DNA from: Ferruginibacter sp.
Lineage (GTDB): Bacteria > Bacteroidota > Bacteroidia > Chitinophagales > Chitinophagaceae
Assembly: GCA_965247025.1 (NCBI GenBank)
Contig: OZ252000.1
Coordinates: 1,169,458-1,233,457 of the forward strand
Direction: 5' to 3'
DNA: 64,000 nt
Numbering within the stretch: the first letter of the stretch is position 1; each line of letters opens with the position of its first letter. The notes beneath the pieces were generated by a model that ran no database searches, was not told the origin of the DNA, and saw only the letters and a program-made list of their open reading frames with translations. A program made the position numbers and the translations under genes. Below, one piece after another: positions 1 through 11,261 of this stretch.

Positions 1-1294
<1,294 letters not shown>

Positions 1295-1475
1295 TAGCGT
1301 TCCGGATTATAATCTCTATTTATATATTTTATACAGTTATAGGCAAAATCTATGGCATTTTTTAGATTCAAATTGAAAGTCCACCGCCGTAAAAAATTTG
1401 CTTGCAAAAAATTTGCCCCAGGTGTAACTTAGATTCTACGATTGCCTGATACCTTAAAATTAGATTCTTTACAAA

Positions 1476-2024
1476 ATGGAATTTTATAAAACCTGGGAAA
1501 GTGATTTGTATAAATCGACTGAGCGTTGCAAAGTTGTGTCGAAAGATGGAACGATTGAGGTCAACGCATCTGTTGCAGGGCAGTTTGAAGAAAATCCATT
1601 TACTGTAAACTATTTGATCACCACCAACCGGAACTGGCAAACACTCAATTTTTCGATTGGCTTCAAGATTGATAAAAAGATCGGAAACATGGCATATTTT
1701 ACGGATGGCAAAGGCAACTGGTATAAAGAAGAAGGGGTTGCTGAGGAATTTAAAGGCTGCCTGGATATAGATATTTCCCTAACTCCGTTCACTAATTCTT
1801 TACCTATTAACAGGCTTAAACTTGAAGAGAATGAATCAGCCATAATACCAGTAATCTATATTAATATTTTTACCGGAGCCGGGAAAAAAGTGTTCCAGAA
1901 ATACACCCGGCTATCGGACGAAAAATACCATTATGAAAATGTACCAAATGATTTTGAAGCGGTACTTATTGTTGACAAAGATGGTTTTGTAACAGGCTAT
2001 CCGGAACTTTTTAAAAGTGTATAA
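1476..2024 (+). CDS. putative glycolipid-binding domain protein (DUF1089-like)
   Basis: 182-aa ORF. It carries GCLDIDISLTPFTNSLPINRLKL and a C-terminal VDKDGFVTGYPELF, typical of this family. Confidence 0.65.
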   Translation: MEFYKTWESDLYKSTERCKVVSKDGTIEVNASVAGQFEENPFTVNYLITTNRNWQTLNFSIGFKIDKKIGNMAYFTDGKGNWYKEEGVAEEFKGCLDIDISLTPFTNSLPINRLKLEENESAIIPVIYINIFTGAGKKVFQKYTRLSDEKYHYENVPNDFEAVLIVDKDGFVTGYPELFKSV

Positions 2025-2085
2025 TGGCATGCATCTCAGCCGCTGGAGTAGCGAAACAAGTTTGCAATTTCAAAACAACAACTTT

Positions 2086-2592
2086 ATGGTAAACACATTC
2101 GGGAATATAGTGCTGGCTGGTGCTACCTTGTGCAACGGTTTAATGGCCGGATTACTGTTTGCTTATTCCTGCTCAGTTGTACCCGGCTTTAAAACCATGT
2201 CAGCCATTGAATATATCCGGGCAATGCAGGCCATCAATAAAGCCATTCAAAACCCCCTCTTCTTTTTGGTGTTTGTTGGTTGCTTAATTTTGCTGCCACT
2301 TTGCTCTTACTTAAGCTATTCCTCTCCTCCATCATCAAAATTCTGGCTGGTTTTAGCTGCAACGGTAATTTATTTTGCAGGTGTATTTGCAACAACCGCA
2401 CTGGGAAATATTCCCTTAAACAATGCGCTGGAAAAATTTAATTTGGCGGCGGCATCAAAGGAGGCAATCAACAATCAGCGGCTTGCTTTTGAAGCCCGCT
2501 GGAATACCTTCCACTACATTCGTACAACAGCGTCCGTGGTGTCGTTGGTGCTGATGATTGTTGCCTGTATTAATTTTAGAAACAATAATTGA
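2086..2592 (+). CDS. DUF1772 (anthrone oxygenase-like) membrane protein
   Basis: Four hydrophobic segments, plus NGLMAGLLFAYSCSVVPG and YIRAMQAINKAIQNPLFF. I chose the internal ATG at 2086 because the track start at 2017 overlaps the previous gene. Confidence 0.65.
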   Translation: MVNTFGNIVLAGATLCNGLMAGLLFAYSCSVVPGFKTMSAIEYIRAMQAINKAIQNPLFFLVFVGCLILLPLCSYLSYSSPPSSKFWLVLAATVIYFAGVFATTALGNIPLNNALEKFNLAAASKEAINNQRLAFEARWNTFHYIRTTASVVSLVLMIVACINFRNNN

Positions 2593-2671
2593 ATGGTTTT
2601 GATTTAGTTATTCAAGTTGAAGCTTGCGTTTCTGCAGTTAAAGGCAAAAATGCTATTGTTACTTCAAAGCA

Positions 2672-5545
2672 CTAGTGCGTTACCGAAATATTAATTCCTG
2701 GCTCTACTGTTAGCGAACCTCCTGCCTCCAAATGCAAAGTATTGCAAGTCGCATCTGTATTTCCTGTTACGCTGCTTTGGATAATTACATTAGCGCCAGA
2801 TGTAGGAACCATGCCATTTGCCCAAACATACCCACTGCTCCAGTTACCATCGTGGATTGCTGTAAAGTAAGGTGCCGGAGGGCTTACAAAGCCTCCATAC
2901 AATTCTTCTCTATAGTTATAACTATAACCTGAAAAAAAAAGCTGGCTATTCACAGAAGAAAAAAGTGATGGATATGAAAAACTTAATTTGGAAGCCGTAA
3001 TGTCATAAGAAGTGTGGATACCATATTTTGTGCCATCTGATTCCCAGAGTTGCTGGGCTTGAACAAAAAAGATTTTCCCATTACAAGTATAAACAGGATT
3101 TAGATAGCCATCCTTAGTGGGTAGTGATGTTACTAATACTGTCCCAAAATTTGGATCATTTACCCACAAATCTGTATTGGCTGATGAACTTGGTTTAGAT
3201 AGAAAATAGAGAATCCCATTTAAGATTATTGGTTTAAAATTTGAATAATCTATGCCCTGCTGGCCTGGATATAATTGACTGAACGGGACAGTGCCACTAT
3301 AGGTACCATCAGTTTTAAACAGCTGGCGGCCGGGGCTGTTATAATATGCAGGATTTCGGAAAGCTGTAAAAAAAACTTCATTATTCAAAACAACAAAATT
3401 TGCCGCACTGATCACATTACTTGTCACCGGCCCGGTACCATTTACTGTTCCGTCAGATTTCCACAAGGCATTTTGCGAACCAAATTCAAAACTAAAATAC
3501 AGTGTGTTATTGTTAAAAAAAAGATTTACAGCTCTGTCTGAAAAACTTTTTAGTAATACAGTACCTGCAACAGAACCATCCGTTTTCCACAATCCCTGCC
3601 CTGGTACAGAAAAAAACAGGTTATTATTGGCCGCAGCCAAAAATTCATCCCTCAAATAAAATATGCTCAGGTCATTCTTAATACTGAAAGTATTAGCTGC
3701 TGTGCCATCTGTACGCCAGAGTTCTGCGGTGACGCCATTATCGTATTTCACAAAAAAATAAATAAGGTCGTCTGTTTTAAAAAACCTTTCAATCCGCATT
3801 ATAAATCCCAGCTCTTTTACAAGTACAGTACCTGTAGTTGTTCCATCAGTTTTATACAATCCCCGCTTTCCCGATTTTGATTCTCCCCAAAAGTAAGCCT
3901 CGCCTGCCATTGCGGTAACTCCGGAGCCAGAGACGTGGTCATAAAAAGCACCGGTATGGTAAATGGTGTCCGTTATAATTTTTGTTCCTTCATTTGTACC
4001 ATCAGATATAAAAATCCTTGCACTGTTGAGGCCGGTGATACCACCCTCTCCCGGTCCCGAGAAAATTAGATTGCTGTTTAACTGGGTGAGATCATTAATA
4101 AAAGACGAAGCTGTTGATGTCTGGTTGATATCTTTTACAACTGAAGTGCCGGCATCTGTTCCATTTGTTTGCCAGAGTTCATTGCCCGTTGTTTCAGTGC
4201 TGGCAGCAAACAACAACTTATTATTAAGGGCTAACAATTTATAAGGATTAGAAGACATGGCTCCTGGTGCAATATCTTTAACCAAACTGGTGCCTGCTGT
4301 GGTACCATCAGATCTCCAAAGCTCTGCACCTGTTAGTGCATTTTGTCCGGAAAAATACATTGAGCCATTTTGAGTTATAATATCAAAAGCCTGCAAATCA
4401 TCTTTTAATAAAATTGCTGCGGATGTTGCGCTGTCGATCTTCCATAGCTGAAACGTTTTTGAAACTGCCTCGTAGCTACTAAAAACCAATGTTCCGTTGT
4501 AATTAAATAATCCGCTTAAATAAGATGCAGTACCATCCGGATTACTGGCTGAAACCTCTTTTACCAACTCCACTCCGCTGGAACCGGTTAAATCATATTT
4601 ATATAAACTTTGGTCAGCATTGCTGCCAGATATATTACCAATAAAATATAGTGTGTTGTTTATTTTTATCTCTAAATTTAACGACCCCACACTAGCACCA
4701 AAGCCATCAAAGCCCGCAACCAACTGAGCGTCCCCAGGCTGGCTGTTGATGGAATACAGCAGGCGGTTTTCATTATTGTCTGCAGCAGCTAAAAAATAAA
4801 GCTTTGGGTCACTCACATCTTCAGAATTCGATATTAGTTGCTTGCAATCATGTGTGAGGTTGCCAATTATATAGCTTCCTGCGCCGGTTCCGTCTGTAAC
4901 CCACAACCTCCGACCATCAGAAAAATCAATTTTATTATAAACATCTGTACTGAAATAAAATTTATTTTTTATCGCCAGCAGGCCATTAAAACCGTAAATA
5001 CTTTTTGAAGTATTCTTAGTGGTATCGAAAAAATTTAATAGAACCCTCGTGCCCTGAACCGTTCCGTCAGAGATATAGAGCGCCTCCCGGTTAACCTCGT
5101 TAACAGAAAAAAGTAGCTGGCCATTAAAAGAAAACATAGAGTTGTATTCTATATAAGAAGAGTCATTAATTGCTGCAATGGCTAATGAGCGGGTTCCGGC
5201 CTCTGTTCCGTCAGATGTATACAGGGCTGAAGGGGAATTGGTATAAAAAAATAATTTACCACCGGTCGCAGTTATTTCATGAGGGCTAATACCTGTTTTT
5301 ACAATATAAGTACCTGCTTCGGTACCATCACTCCGCCAAAGACCGTAGCCATTTATACCATCATCAGCACTAAAATAGCTGATGCCGTTTAAAACCGCCC
5401 ATGTCTTGCTCGAGTTATTTGGATTGCTGTTGGTGGAAGTGTTAATGTCTTTTACCAAATGAAAATCTTGTGCCTGAGCCATTTTTTGGGCAATCAAACC
5501 AATACTAAAGACCAGCAGAATTTTTATTGAATAGATATACTTCAT
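2672..5545 (-). CDS. large secreted ELWxxDGT-repeat protein
   Basis: At least 12 copies of the (E/G)LW(R/K)(S/T)DGTxAGT motif, for example AELWRSDGTTAGT and GLWKTDGSVAGT. The signal peptide MKYIYSIKILLVFSIGLIAQKMAQA starts at the ATG at 5545. The C-terminal ~60 aa are shared with two other proteins (see findings). Confidence 0.8.
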   Translation of the reverse strand: MKYIYSIKILLVFSIGLIAQKMAQAQDFHLVKDINTSTNSNPNNSSKTWAVLNGISYFSADDGINGYGLWRSDGTEAGTYIVKTGISPHEITATGGKLFFYTNSPSALYTSDGTEAGTRSLAIAAINDSSYIEYNSMFSFNGQLLFSVNEVNREALYISDGTVQGTRVLLNFFDTTKNTSKSIYGFNGLLAIKNKFYFSTDVYNKIDFSDGRRLWVTDGTGAGSYIIGNLTHDCKQLISNSEDVSDPKLYFLAAADNNENRLLYSINSQPGDAQLVAGFDGFGASVGSLNLEIKINNTLYFIGNISGSNADQSLYKYDLTGSSGVELVKEVSASNPDGTASYLSGLFNYNGTLVFSSYEAVSKTFQLWKIDSATSAAILLKDDLQAFDIITQNGSMYFSGQNALTGAELWRSDGTTAGTSLVKDIAPGAMSSNPYKLLALNNKLLFAASTETTGNELWQTNGTDAGTSVVKDINQTSTASSFINDLTQLNSNLIFSGPGEGGITGLNSARIFISDGTNEGTKIITDTIYHTGAFYDHVSGSGVTAMAGEAYFWGESKSGKRGLYKTDGTTTGTVLVKELGFIMRIERFFKTDDLIYFFVKYDNGVTAELWRTDGTAANTFSIKNDLSIFYLRDEFLAAANNNLFFSVPGQGLWKTDGSVAGTVLLKSFSDRAVNLFFNNNTLYFSFEFGSQNALWKSDGTVNGTGPVTSNVISAANFVVLNNEVFFTAFRNPAYYNSPGRQLFKTDGTYSGTVPFSQLYPGQQGIDYSNFKPIILNGILYFLSKPSSSANTDLWVNDPNFGTVLVTSLPTKDGYLNPVYTCNGKIFFVQAQQLWESDGTKYGIHTSYDITASKLSFSYPSLFSSVNSQLFFSGYSYNYREELYGGFVSPPAPYFTAIHDGNWSSGYVWANGMVPTSGANVIIQSSVTGNTDATCNTLHLEAGGSLTVEPGINISVTH

Positions 5546-5654
5546 AATAGCAGCATTAGTTTTAATATAAAAAGTTTTGACAGAGGCGATGAAGGTAAAA
5601 CATAATTGCAAAACCTGCAATCATTTGTCCCCAACGAACATGTTAAAATAAGAA

Positions 5655-5680
5655 AGAACCGGCATTTTACTGCCGGCTCT
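5655..5680 (-). terminator. hairpin plus T-run after the 5696-6259 gene
   Basis: AGAACCGGCA/TGCCGGCTCT stem with one mismatch. On the minus strand it is followed by a T-rich run. Confidence 0.5.
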
Positions 5681-5695
5681 TCTTATAACTTTCAA

Positions 5696-6259
5696 CTATT
5701 TCAAATCATACGCCTTCAACGTATTGCCCACCATTATATAAATCCTGTCGGTTGCTTCATCCACAACAAACACGGGTGTTGTATCGCTGAAGTAAATCTT
5801 TTTGGTGGCTTCACCTTTTACCTTGCTCCACACGAGCAGGCCATTACCGTCCGGCATTTCTGAGAGAATGTAAAGATTGTCTTTGGTAGCCTGAGAAGCC
5901 AGGTAACGTTTACCGGCAGCTGCAAACATTGCGGCACCAGAACCGCCGAGTTCATTTCCTACGGGATCGTTGGCAGATACTGTATAACTGCCTGCAACAG
6001 CATTGCCATTTTTATCTACAGTTTGAGTGGCTGTAACATTACCTTTTGAAACCGCATTGGCATTCATTACTGCACCTGCAACCATTGTAGCCGCACCAAG
6101 CGCTTTAACCCATTTTCTTTTTGTGTTGCCAATATCTTTAAAATAGTTATTGTAGTTTATTTTGCCATCGGTAGTTTGCAGACTGGCTACATTTTGATTG
6201 GAATTTATAATTATAGTAGATCCGTTGTTTCTGAAATCAAAACTTTGTGTTACAATCAA
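5696..6259 (-). CDS. hypothetical protein
   Basis: 187-aa ORF with one internal hydrophobic segment (WVKALGAATMVAGAVMNANA). The start is uncertain and I recognise no family. Confidence 0.45.
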   Translation of the reverse strand: MIVTQSFDFRNNGSTIIINSNQNVASLQTTDGKINYNNYFKDIGNTKRKWVKALGAATMVAGAVMNANAVSKGNVTATQTVDKNGNAVAGSYTVSANDPVGNELGGSGAAMFAAAGKRYLASQATKDNLYILSEMPDGNGLLVWSKVKGEATKKIYFSDTTPVFVVDEATDRIYIMVGNTLKAYDLK

Positions 6260-6687
6260 ATATAACTTTGGTTGGTGGCAGCATTTTCATCAAATATGAT
6301 ATGTACAATGCCAACGGCCAACTGCCTGGCCCTGTAAATGATGCAACTGATAACGCCATCTTAACCAGTACCAGCACGCTTATCTGCCCGCTTTACATTG
6401 ACAACTTTAACAACCTGGTTTTTAATCACATTGGTACTGCATTTACTACATATATCCCTAATCCGGTAGGAAACATCGGCATCTGGATATTGAAACTTAT
6501 TAAATTATAGTGTAAACACAGGCTGAACAGGTGATTTAGTTATTTAATCTGTGTAAAACTTAAAAAGAACTGGCAATTACAATTCATTGTTTACAGTTTT
6601 ATTCCTGGCATGGTCTCCCGCTCCCGGTAAGCTTTAAGTATTGCCGCAAACAGTCCGATGTGTAAACAGGATATCATTCTCATTCCG

Positions 6688-6748
6688 ATTCGTTGTACGC
6701 AATGTCCGGGGCTGGCACACATGGCTTGGAAGGAGGCGGTGCCGGGAA
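6688..6748. repeat. family-A intergenic repeat, 3' half copy
   Basis: The sequence ...CGTTGTACGCAATGTCCGGGGCTGG...GGAAGGAGGCGGTGCCGGGAA matches the right half of the full copies. Confidence 0.6.
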
Positions 6749-6769
6749 AAGTGGAGCAGGATGTATTAT

Positions 6770-6902
6770 CAGCAACGGCTCTCAATGAGCCTGATAACGT
6801 TGTGTTACATGATCAATATCGTTGTTCGAAAAGTTTACGCTTCGTAGTACGCAACATCCCTGGCTAAAGCACAAGCTTGGGAGGAGACGTTGCCGGGAAG
6901 GG
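6770..6902. repeat. family-A ~135-bp repeat with terminal inverted repeats
   Basis: It starts CAGCAACGGCTCTCAATGAGC and ends GCTTGGGAGGAGACGTTGCCGGGAAGG, and the ends are imperfect reverse complements. Other copies lie at 9396, 12109, 13824 and 19765. Confidence 0.7.
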
Positions 6903-6912
6903 GCCTATTTTA

Positions 6913-6973
6913 TTCAACATTAAAAGAACTATCTATCCTTTTCATTCGTGCCACACCATTGCTGGGAAGGAGG
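6913..6973. repeat. family-B repeat, 3' part
   Basis: CAACATTAAAAGAACTATCTATCCTTTTCATTCGTGCCACACCATTGCTGGGAAGG matches the ends of the copies at 9650-9797 and 15445-15590. Confidence 0.6.
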
Positions 6974-7208
6974 ATAAAAGCCTTTTGACAATGGCATCAG
7001 AAAAAACCCTATTGACATATTCAATTGTAGTATTTAGGTTTACACATCATAAAGTTTAGATTTATCTCAATAAGGTAGTCAATAGGCAGCGAAGAGCTTT
7101 CAGATTAGTTTTAGAAGACAGGTTAAACCAGCCTAGATGAATTACAAATAGCCTTGCAGAGTACCACCCGCTGTAAGAAATTCTGAATACATTATAACCA
7201 AACCAGCA

Positions 7209-9302
7209 ATGACTAAAAATTCATTTAAATCACTAAAAACCATTTGGTTTTACCTGCGTAATGTGGGTTATCTCTTTATCATTTTTATTATCGGATGGGT
7301 GCTGTTTAATTCGCTGGATCAGTCACATGACTTTGTGCTGGCCTTTATAAAAGGCCCTGAGGTTTGGTATTATGTATCAGTAGCTGTTTTATTGTTTTTC
7401 TGGTCGTACATGACCTGGTATAGTTCATCAGTTATTTTAGAAATAAACCCCGACAACTATCAATATATTGATTACACGCTTGAAAAGTATTTTCACCGGT
7501 TTATTGGTTTTGTTCCGTACCTGATAATTACAATCACTTTTTTTAAATCAGGTGGTCCCTATCAGGGCTTTGGAACACTTGCGCTCGGTTTGCTCACATT
7601 GGTATTTTTTAAATGGAGAGACGGGCTTAATGATGCACATGGTAAATGGCCTACCAGGATCCAGGTTTATGAGCACAATACAGATGAAAAGGGCAACGAG
7701 ATAACGCCAACAACAAGGCAGGAAATAAAATTTATCCGGCAATTTCATAACCTGTGGTACTATTTTAAAAACTTTGGTATTATATTCCTCATAGTGCTTG
7801 TGGTGCTTAGTTTTTCATCTCCGCTCATAATGATATCACGGATGCTGAAGCCTGCAGCCGTCGTAATACTTTCCCTGTCTTTTTTTACTTATGTTTTTAC
7901 CGTGGCATTTTATTTTCATGATTTTAAAACCAGACCATTTATAGTATACGGACTTGCCTGGGTAATTATAATTAGTACATTCAATGACAATACAAAAATT
8001 CCTGTAACCAAACCTTTTAAAGACCAGGTAGATTTCAGGCTCATACCAAAAGATGCTTTTGAAAAATGGTATAAAACAAAATGTGCTGCCTGGGAGCTTG
8101 CTCATGGTGTTAATGATTCAATGCCGGTAATATTTATTGCAACACAGGGCGGTGGTATCCGTGGAGAAATATGGACCAGCGAAGTACTACATTACCTGCA
8201 GGACTCAATTACAGGTGTAAAAGGTTTTTACAACCAGGTGTTCTGCATGGGAGGCGCATCAGGCGGCACTGTTGGTGCTGTGTACTACAATGCATTTGTT
8301 TATGACTATATGCACAATCATTTAAAAGACACTTTTATTAACTTTTCGAACTTCCGAAAATTTACCGCTGCAGACTGCTTATCGCCTGTTACGGCGTCTT
8401 TTGTTTTTGGTGAAAATGTACAGCGCTTACTTCCTTTTGCAATTCCAGGCTTAGAACGTTTTAAAGTAACAATGAAGGCATTTAGCGCAAGCTATGCTGA
8501 TAATCTTAAATCAGGTTTTGCAGACTCTTCCTTTTTATCTATGTATTATCCGCATGGTGATTCCGCTCAATTTAATTGTGATATACCTTCTTTGTTTATT
8601 AACGGTACACTGGCAGAAACCGGGCAACGGGTTATAACATCAAATTTAAAAATACAAGGGGTTGGAAATTTCAGCAACGATATTGATTTCTTTGATAAAG
8701 TAAAAGCAGATATCTCAATAGCAACAGCATCACTAAACTGTATGCGTTTTCCATTACTGCTTTCCGGGGGATTGTTTTGTAACGAACAGAGAAAACCGAA
8801 AATTACCTATTCAGTTGGCCATGTCGTGGATGGCGGCTACCTGGAAAACACCGGCCTGCAGGCAATGTATAGTTTGATGACAGAACTGAGAGAGAATTTT
8901 AAAGGCAGGCCTTTAAAACCAATACTCATCTATATCAGGAATGGTGCGCTGGAAAACACAGTAGTGAAAGACAGTTCCTATGCCTTCACTACCCTGCAAG
9001 ATATAAGAACACCTTTAACAACATTGGTGAATGTAAACGGAACATCCATACCATCACTTGGTTTGATTAAAATGATTGATCAGCAAAATGCAAATTCTAA
9101 TCCGCTGAATATGTATTATAACCAGGTATGGCTTAAAGATACTAATTACATAAAAAAATATCGATCTTATGACAATAATGATACTTTTCCGTTAGGCTTA
9201 TATATCTCAGACACAGCATTCGCAAGATTGCAACACCGGGCAAAAATTTTAGGAGAAGTAAATAAAGAATTATTGAATACCCTGCATTGGTATTTTAAGT
9301 AA
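7209..9302 (+). CDS. membrane-anchored patatin-like phospholipase
   Basis: The N-terminal ~290 aa contain about 6 hydrophobic helices. The patatin motifs follow: oxyanion GGGIRG, nucleophile elbow GASGG (GxSxG) and catalytic-Asp motif DGGYLENTG. Confidence 0.8.
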   Translation: MTKNSFKSLKTIWFYLRNVGYLFIIFIIGWVLFNSLDQSHDFVLAFIKGPEVWYYVSVAVLLFFWSYMTWYSSSVILEINPDNYQYIDYTLEKYFHRFIGFVPYLIITITFFKSGGPYQGFGTLALGLLTLVFFKWRDGLNDAHGKWPTRIQVYEHNTDEKGNEITPTTRQEIKFIRQFHNLWYYFKNFGIIFLIVLVVLSFSSPLIMISRMLKPAAVVILSLSFFTYVFTVAFYFHDFKTRPFIVYGLAWVIIISTFNDNTKIPVTKPFKDQVDFRLIPKDAFEKWYKTKCAAWELAHGVNDSMPVIFIATQGGGIRGEIWTSEVLHYLQDSITGVKGFYNQVFCMGGASGGTVGAVYYNAFVYDYMHNHLKDTFINFSNFRKFTAADCLSPVTASFVFGENVQRLLPFAIPGLERFKVTMKAFSASYADNLKSGFADSSFLSMYYPHGDSAQFNCDIPSLFINGTLAETGQRVITSNLKIQGVGNFSNDIDFFDKVKADISIATASLNCMRFPLLLSGGLFCNEQRKPKITYSVGHVVDGGYLENTGLQAMYSLMTELRENFKGRPLKPILIYIRNGALENTVVKDSSYAFTTLQDIRTPLTTLVNVNGTSIPSLGLIKMIDQQNANSNPLNMYYNQVWLKDTNYIKKYRSYDNNDTFPLGLYISDTAFARLQHRAKILGEVNKELLNTLHWYFK

Positions 9303-9395
9303 GTATTATAAAAAATCTTGGCTCTCATCAGGCGCATGAATGATGCATGGCAATGCAGCGCTGCTTCCTGTGCCGTTTGTTACCAATGCCATTAC

Positions 9396-9527
9396 CAGCA
9401 ACGTCTCTCTGTGTGCTTTGAGCATGGCCTGATGAAGTTGCGTTTTGTAAAAATGATATTGTTATTATACCGCTCTGCATTACTCAAACCCTGGCTATCG
9501 CACCGGCTTGAGAGGCGAGGTTACTGA
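9396..9527. repeat. family-A repeat
   Basis: CCAGCAACGTCTCTCTGTGTGC ... GGCTTGAGAGGCGAGGTTACTG, the same architecture as 6770-6902. Confidence 0.6.
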
Positions 9528-9649
9528 AAAGACCCTCTTTCAAGACATCCTCCACAATTCACTTGCGTTCAGCTTCTTTACACTTAACTGATCCCGGCCA
9601 TAGGTTGGCACCTTTTGCCTGAACGTTCAGCACCATAATTTTTGGATAC

Positions 9650-9797
9650 AGCAGCTCCGGAGCCTGCTCCGCCTGTGCGGAGTGGTTTGCAAACATCAAC
9701 TGTATAACGTACACGGCAGGCCAACTGCCATCTTTGATGCAACATTGAAAATAACTATCTATCCTTTTCATTTGTGACATGCCATTGCCGGGAAGGA
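9650..9797. repeat. family-B ~150-bp repeat
   Basis: It aligns along its length with 15445-15590. Shared segments are ...GAGTGGTTTGCAAACATCAACTG..ACG.A..CGGCAGGCCA.CT.CCATCTTT.AT..AACATTGAAAA... It has an internal hairpin CTCCGC-CTGT-GCGGAG and ends TGCCGGGAAGG like family A. Confidence 0.65.
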
Positions 9798-9808
9798 ATT
9801 TTAAAACA

Positions 9809-9845
9809 AAAAAGGCTGCTTTTAGAAAAAAGCAACCTTTTTGTT
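9809..9845 (-). terminator. hairpin terminator downstream of hsp20
   Basis: AAAAAGGCTGCTTTT-AGAA-AAAAGCAACCTTTTT directly after the stop at 9864, with T-runs on both strands. Confidence 0.6.
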
Positions 9846-9863
9846 TTACCCCGCTTTATGCTG

Positions 9864-10316
9864 TTACAAAATCTCAATCAGCTTCGGCTGTTTTTGTTTT
9901 GCCTGCTCTTTTTTGGGTATTGAAAGATGCAGCACGCCATCTTCATATTTTGCCTGAATGTTCTCTGTATCCACCACATCTTTTTGCAGTGTAAAGGTCC
10001 TTGAAAAAGACTGGAAGCTGAACTCACGGGTGATGTACTTTACATCAGTCTTCTCATTCCATTCATTGGATCTTTCAGAAGTGATGGTTAGCACGTTACC
10101 TTCAAGCTGCACCCGGAAATCTTTTTTATTCATACCCGGGGCCGCTACTTCCACTTCATAATTTTCTGCTGTTTCCTTAATGTTCACTGCGGGGATAGTG
10201 GTGTTGGTGTCCGAAAAATTTGATAATCCCCAATTAAAAATGTCACGGTTCAGGAAATCATCAAATAGTGTGGGAAAGCCATTCAGCAAGTTGCTGTTTC
10301 TTTTTACAATTGTCAT
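9864..10316 (-). CDS. Hsp20/alpha-crystallin family small heat-shock protein
   Basis: 150 aa. The alpha-crystallin core runs AVNIKETAENYEVEVAAPGMNKKDFRVQLEGNVLTI...YEDGVLHLSIPKKE. Confidence 0.9.
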   Translation of the reverse strand: MTIVKRNSNLLNGFPTLFDDFLNRDIFNWGLSNFSDTNTTIPAVNIKETAENYEVEVAAPGMNKKDFRVQLEGNVLTITSERSNEWNEKTDVKYITREFSFQSFSRTFTLQKDVVDTENIQAKYEDGVLHLSIPKKEQAKQKQPKLIEIL

Positions 10317-10627
10317 AATTGCCTCCTTTTTTAAATTGGTTAAAAAATCATTTTAAATTCATTTCAACAAAAAAAATACCATCACAGGTTTAGTTCATTG
10401 TCTGCTGCAATTTTTACATAAACCGGGAAAATTTGTCAAGTATTAAAAGTCATTTTTTCAGTAGCAGTCTTGTTGTTTTATGCTTAACTTATACATAACC
10501 CGTCAACGCTTACAACCTGCGTAGCAGAACAACTATTTTTTCTGCCGTAGCATGGCAGAAATCAATATTTATTTATTTTTGGCTGTCCCGATTGTAATTA
10601 ATTAATCACTTCATTAAATTTATTTGT

Positions 10628-10885
10628 ATGACTTTGTATGAATTTGATCAGTTAGATGAATTAGAACAAATCGAAGCTTTTTGGACGGAAGGTCAAAAAG
10701 TGGGAGAACGTTGTAATAAATCATTCCGCTACGTACTATACCAGCTGGGTGATTTTTATGTAGAAACCAAGTACAACAACGTGGTAAATGTAATTTACGC
10801 CATGCAGTGTTTTGAATGCGAATCGCCTTACCTGGATGCTTATTTAATGCCCATTGATATTTCGGCAGTAAAACAAAGGGCATAA
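10628..10885 (+). CDS. hypothetical small protein
   Basis: 85-aa ORF followed by a strong terminator. No family recognised. Confidence 0.5.
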   Translation: MTLYEFDQLDELEQIEAFWTEGQKVGERCNKSFRYVLYQLGDFYVETKYNNVVNVIYAMQCFECESPYLDAYLMPIDISAVKQRA

Positions 10886-10897
10886 CCAGCGCTATTT

Positions 10898-10928
10898 AGT
10901 AAAAGGCCTCGTGGTGAGGCCTTTTACT
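10898..10928 (+). terminator. rho-independent terminator
   Basis: AGTAAAAGGCCTC-GTGGT-GAGGCCTTTTACT, a 13-bp perfect stem 12 nt after the stop at 10885. Confidence 0.7.
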
Positions 10929-11261
10929 AAATAAATTATTTGATTATAACCCCTTCACTCACTTTAAAGCATAGCATAATTGTACAACGTTTTAAGAAAT
11001 ATATTATTAAAATCTACAGCCGCCGGGTACTTTACAAAATCCCTGATTAAAGAACAAGCAAAGGCTGGTAACATTGAAAGGAAAGATGCCTTGCAACAGC
11101 ATTTCATCACAATAAAGCAGCTGCCCTAAAAAGTTGCAAATTTTAAAACTGGTTTAACGAAAAGCATATAACATTGCATATTGCATAAAGATCAGGAAGC
11201 TGCCTTTTTTGTCTTATAGCAGGCAACCATTTTCGCATTCAATTTGCTCAAAGTAATTTTT

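Noticed and set aside
6247-6510. 87-aa plus-strand ORF divergent from the 5696-6259 gene.
   Set aside because: It has a non-ATG start and overlaps the start of the neighbouring gene. No motif was recognised and the evidence is insufficient.
6591-7059. Small ORFs 6591-6785(-), 6641-6847(+), 6658-6867(+) and 6877-7059(+).
   Set aside because: They lie entirely inside copies of the family A/B repeats. Equivalent ORFs are not conserved between copies.
9318-9994. ORFs 9318-9527(+), 9559-9780(-) and 9779-9994(+).
   Set aside because: The first two are translations of repeat copies A and B. The third is antisense to hsp20 and its terminator.
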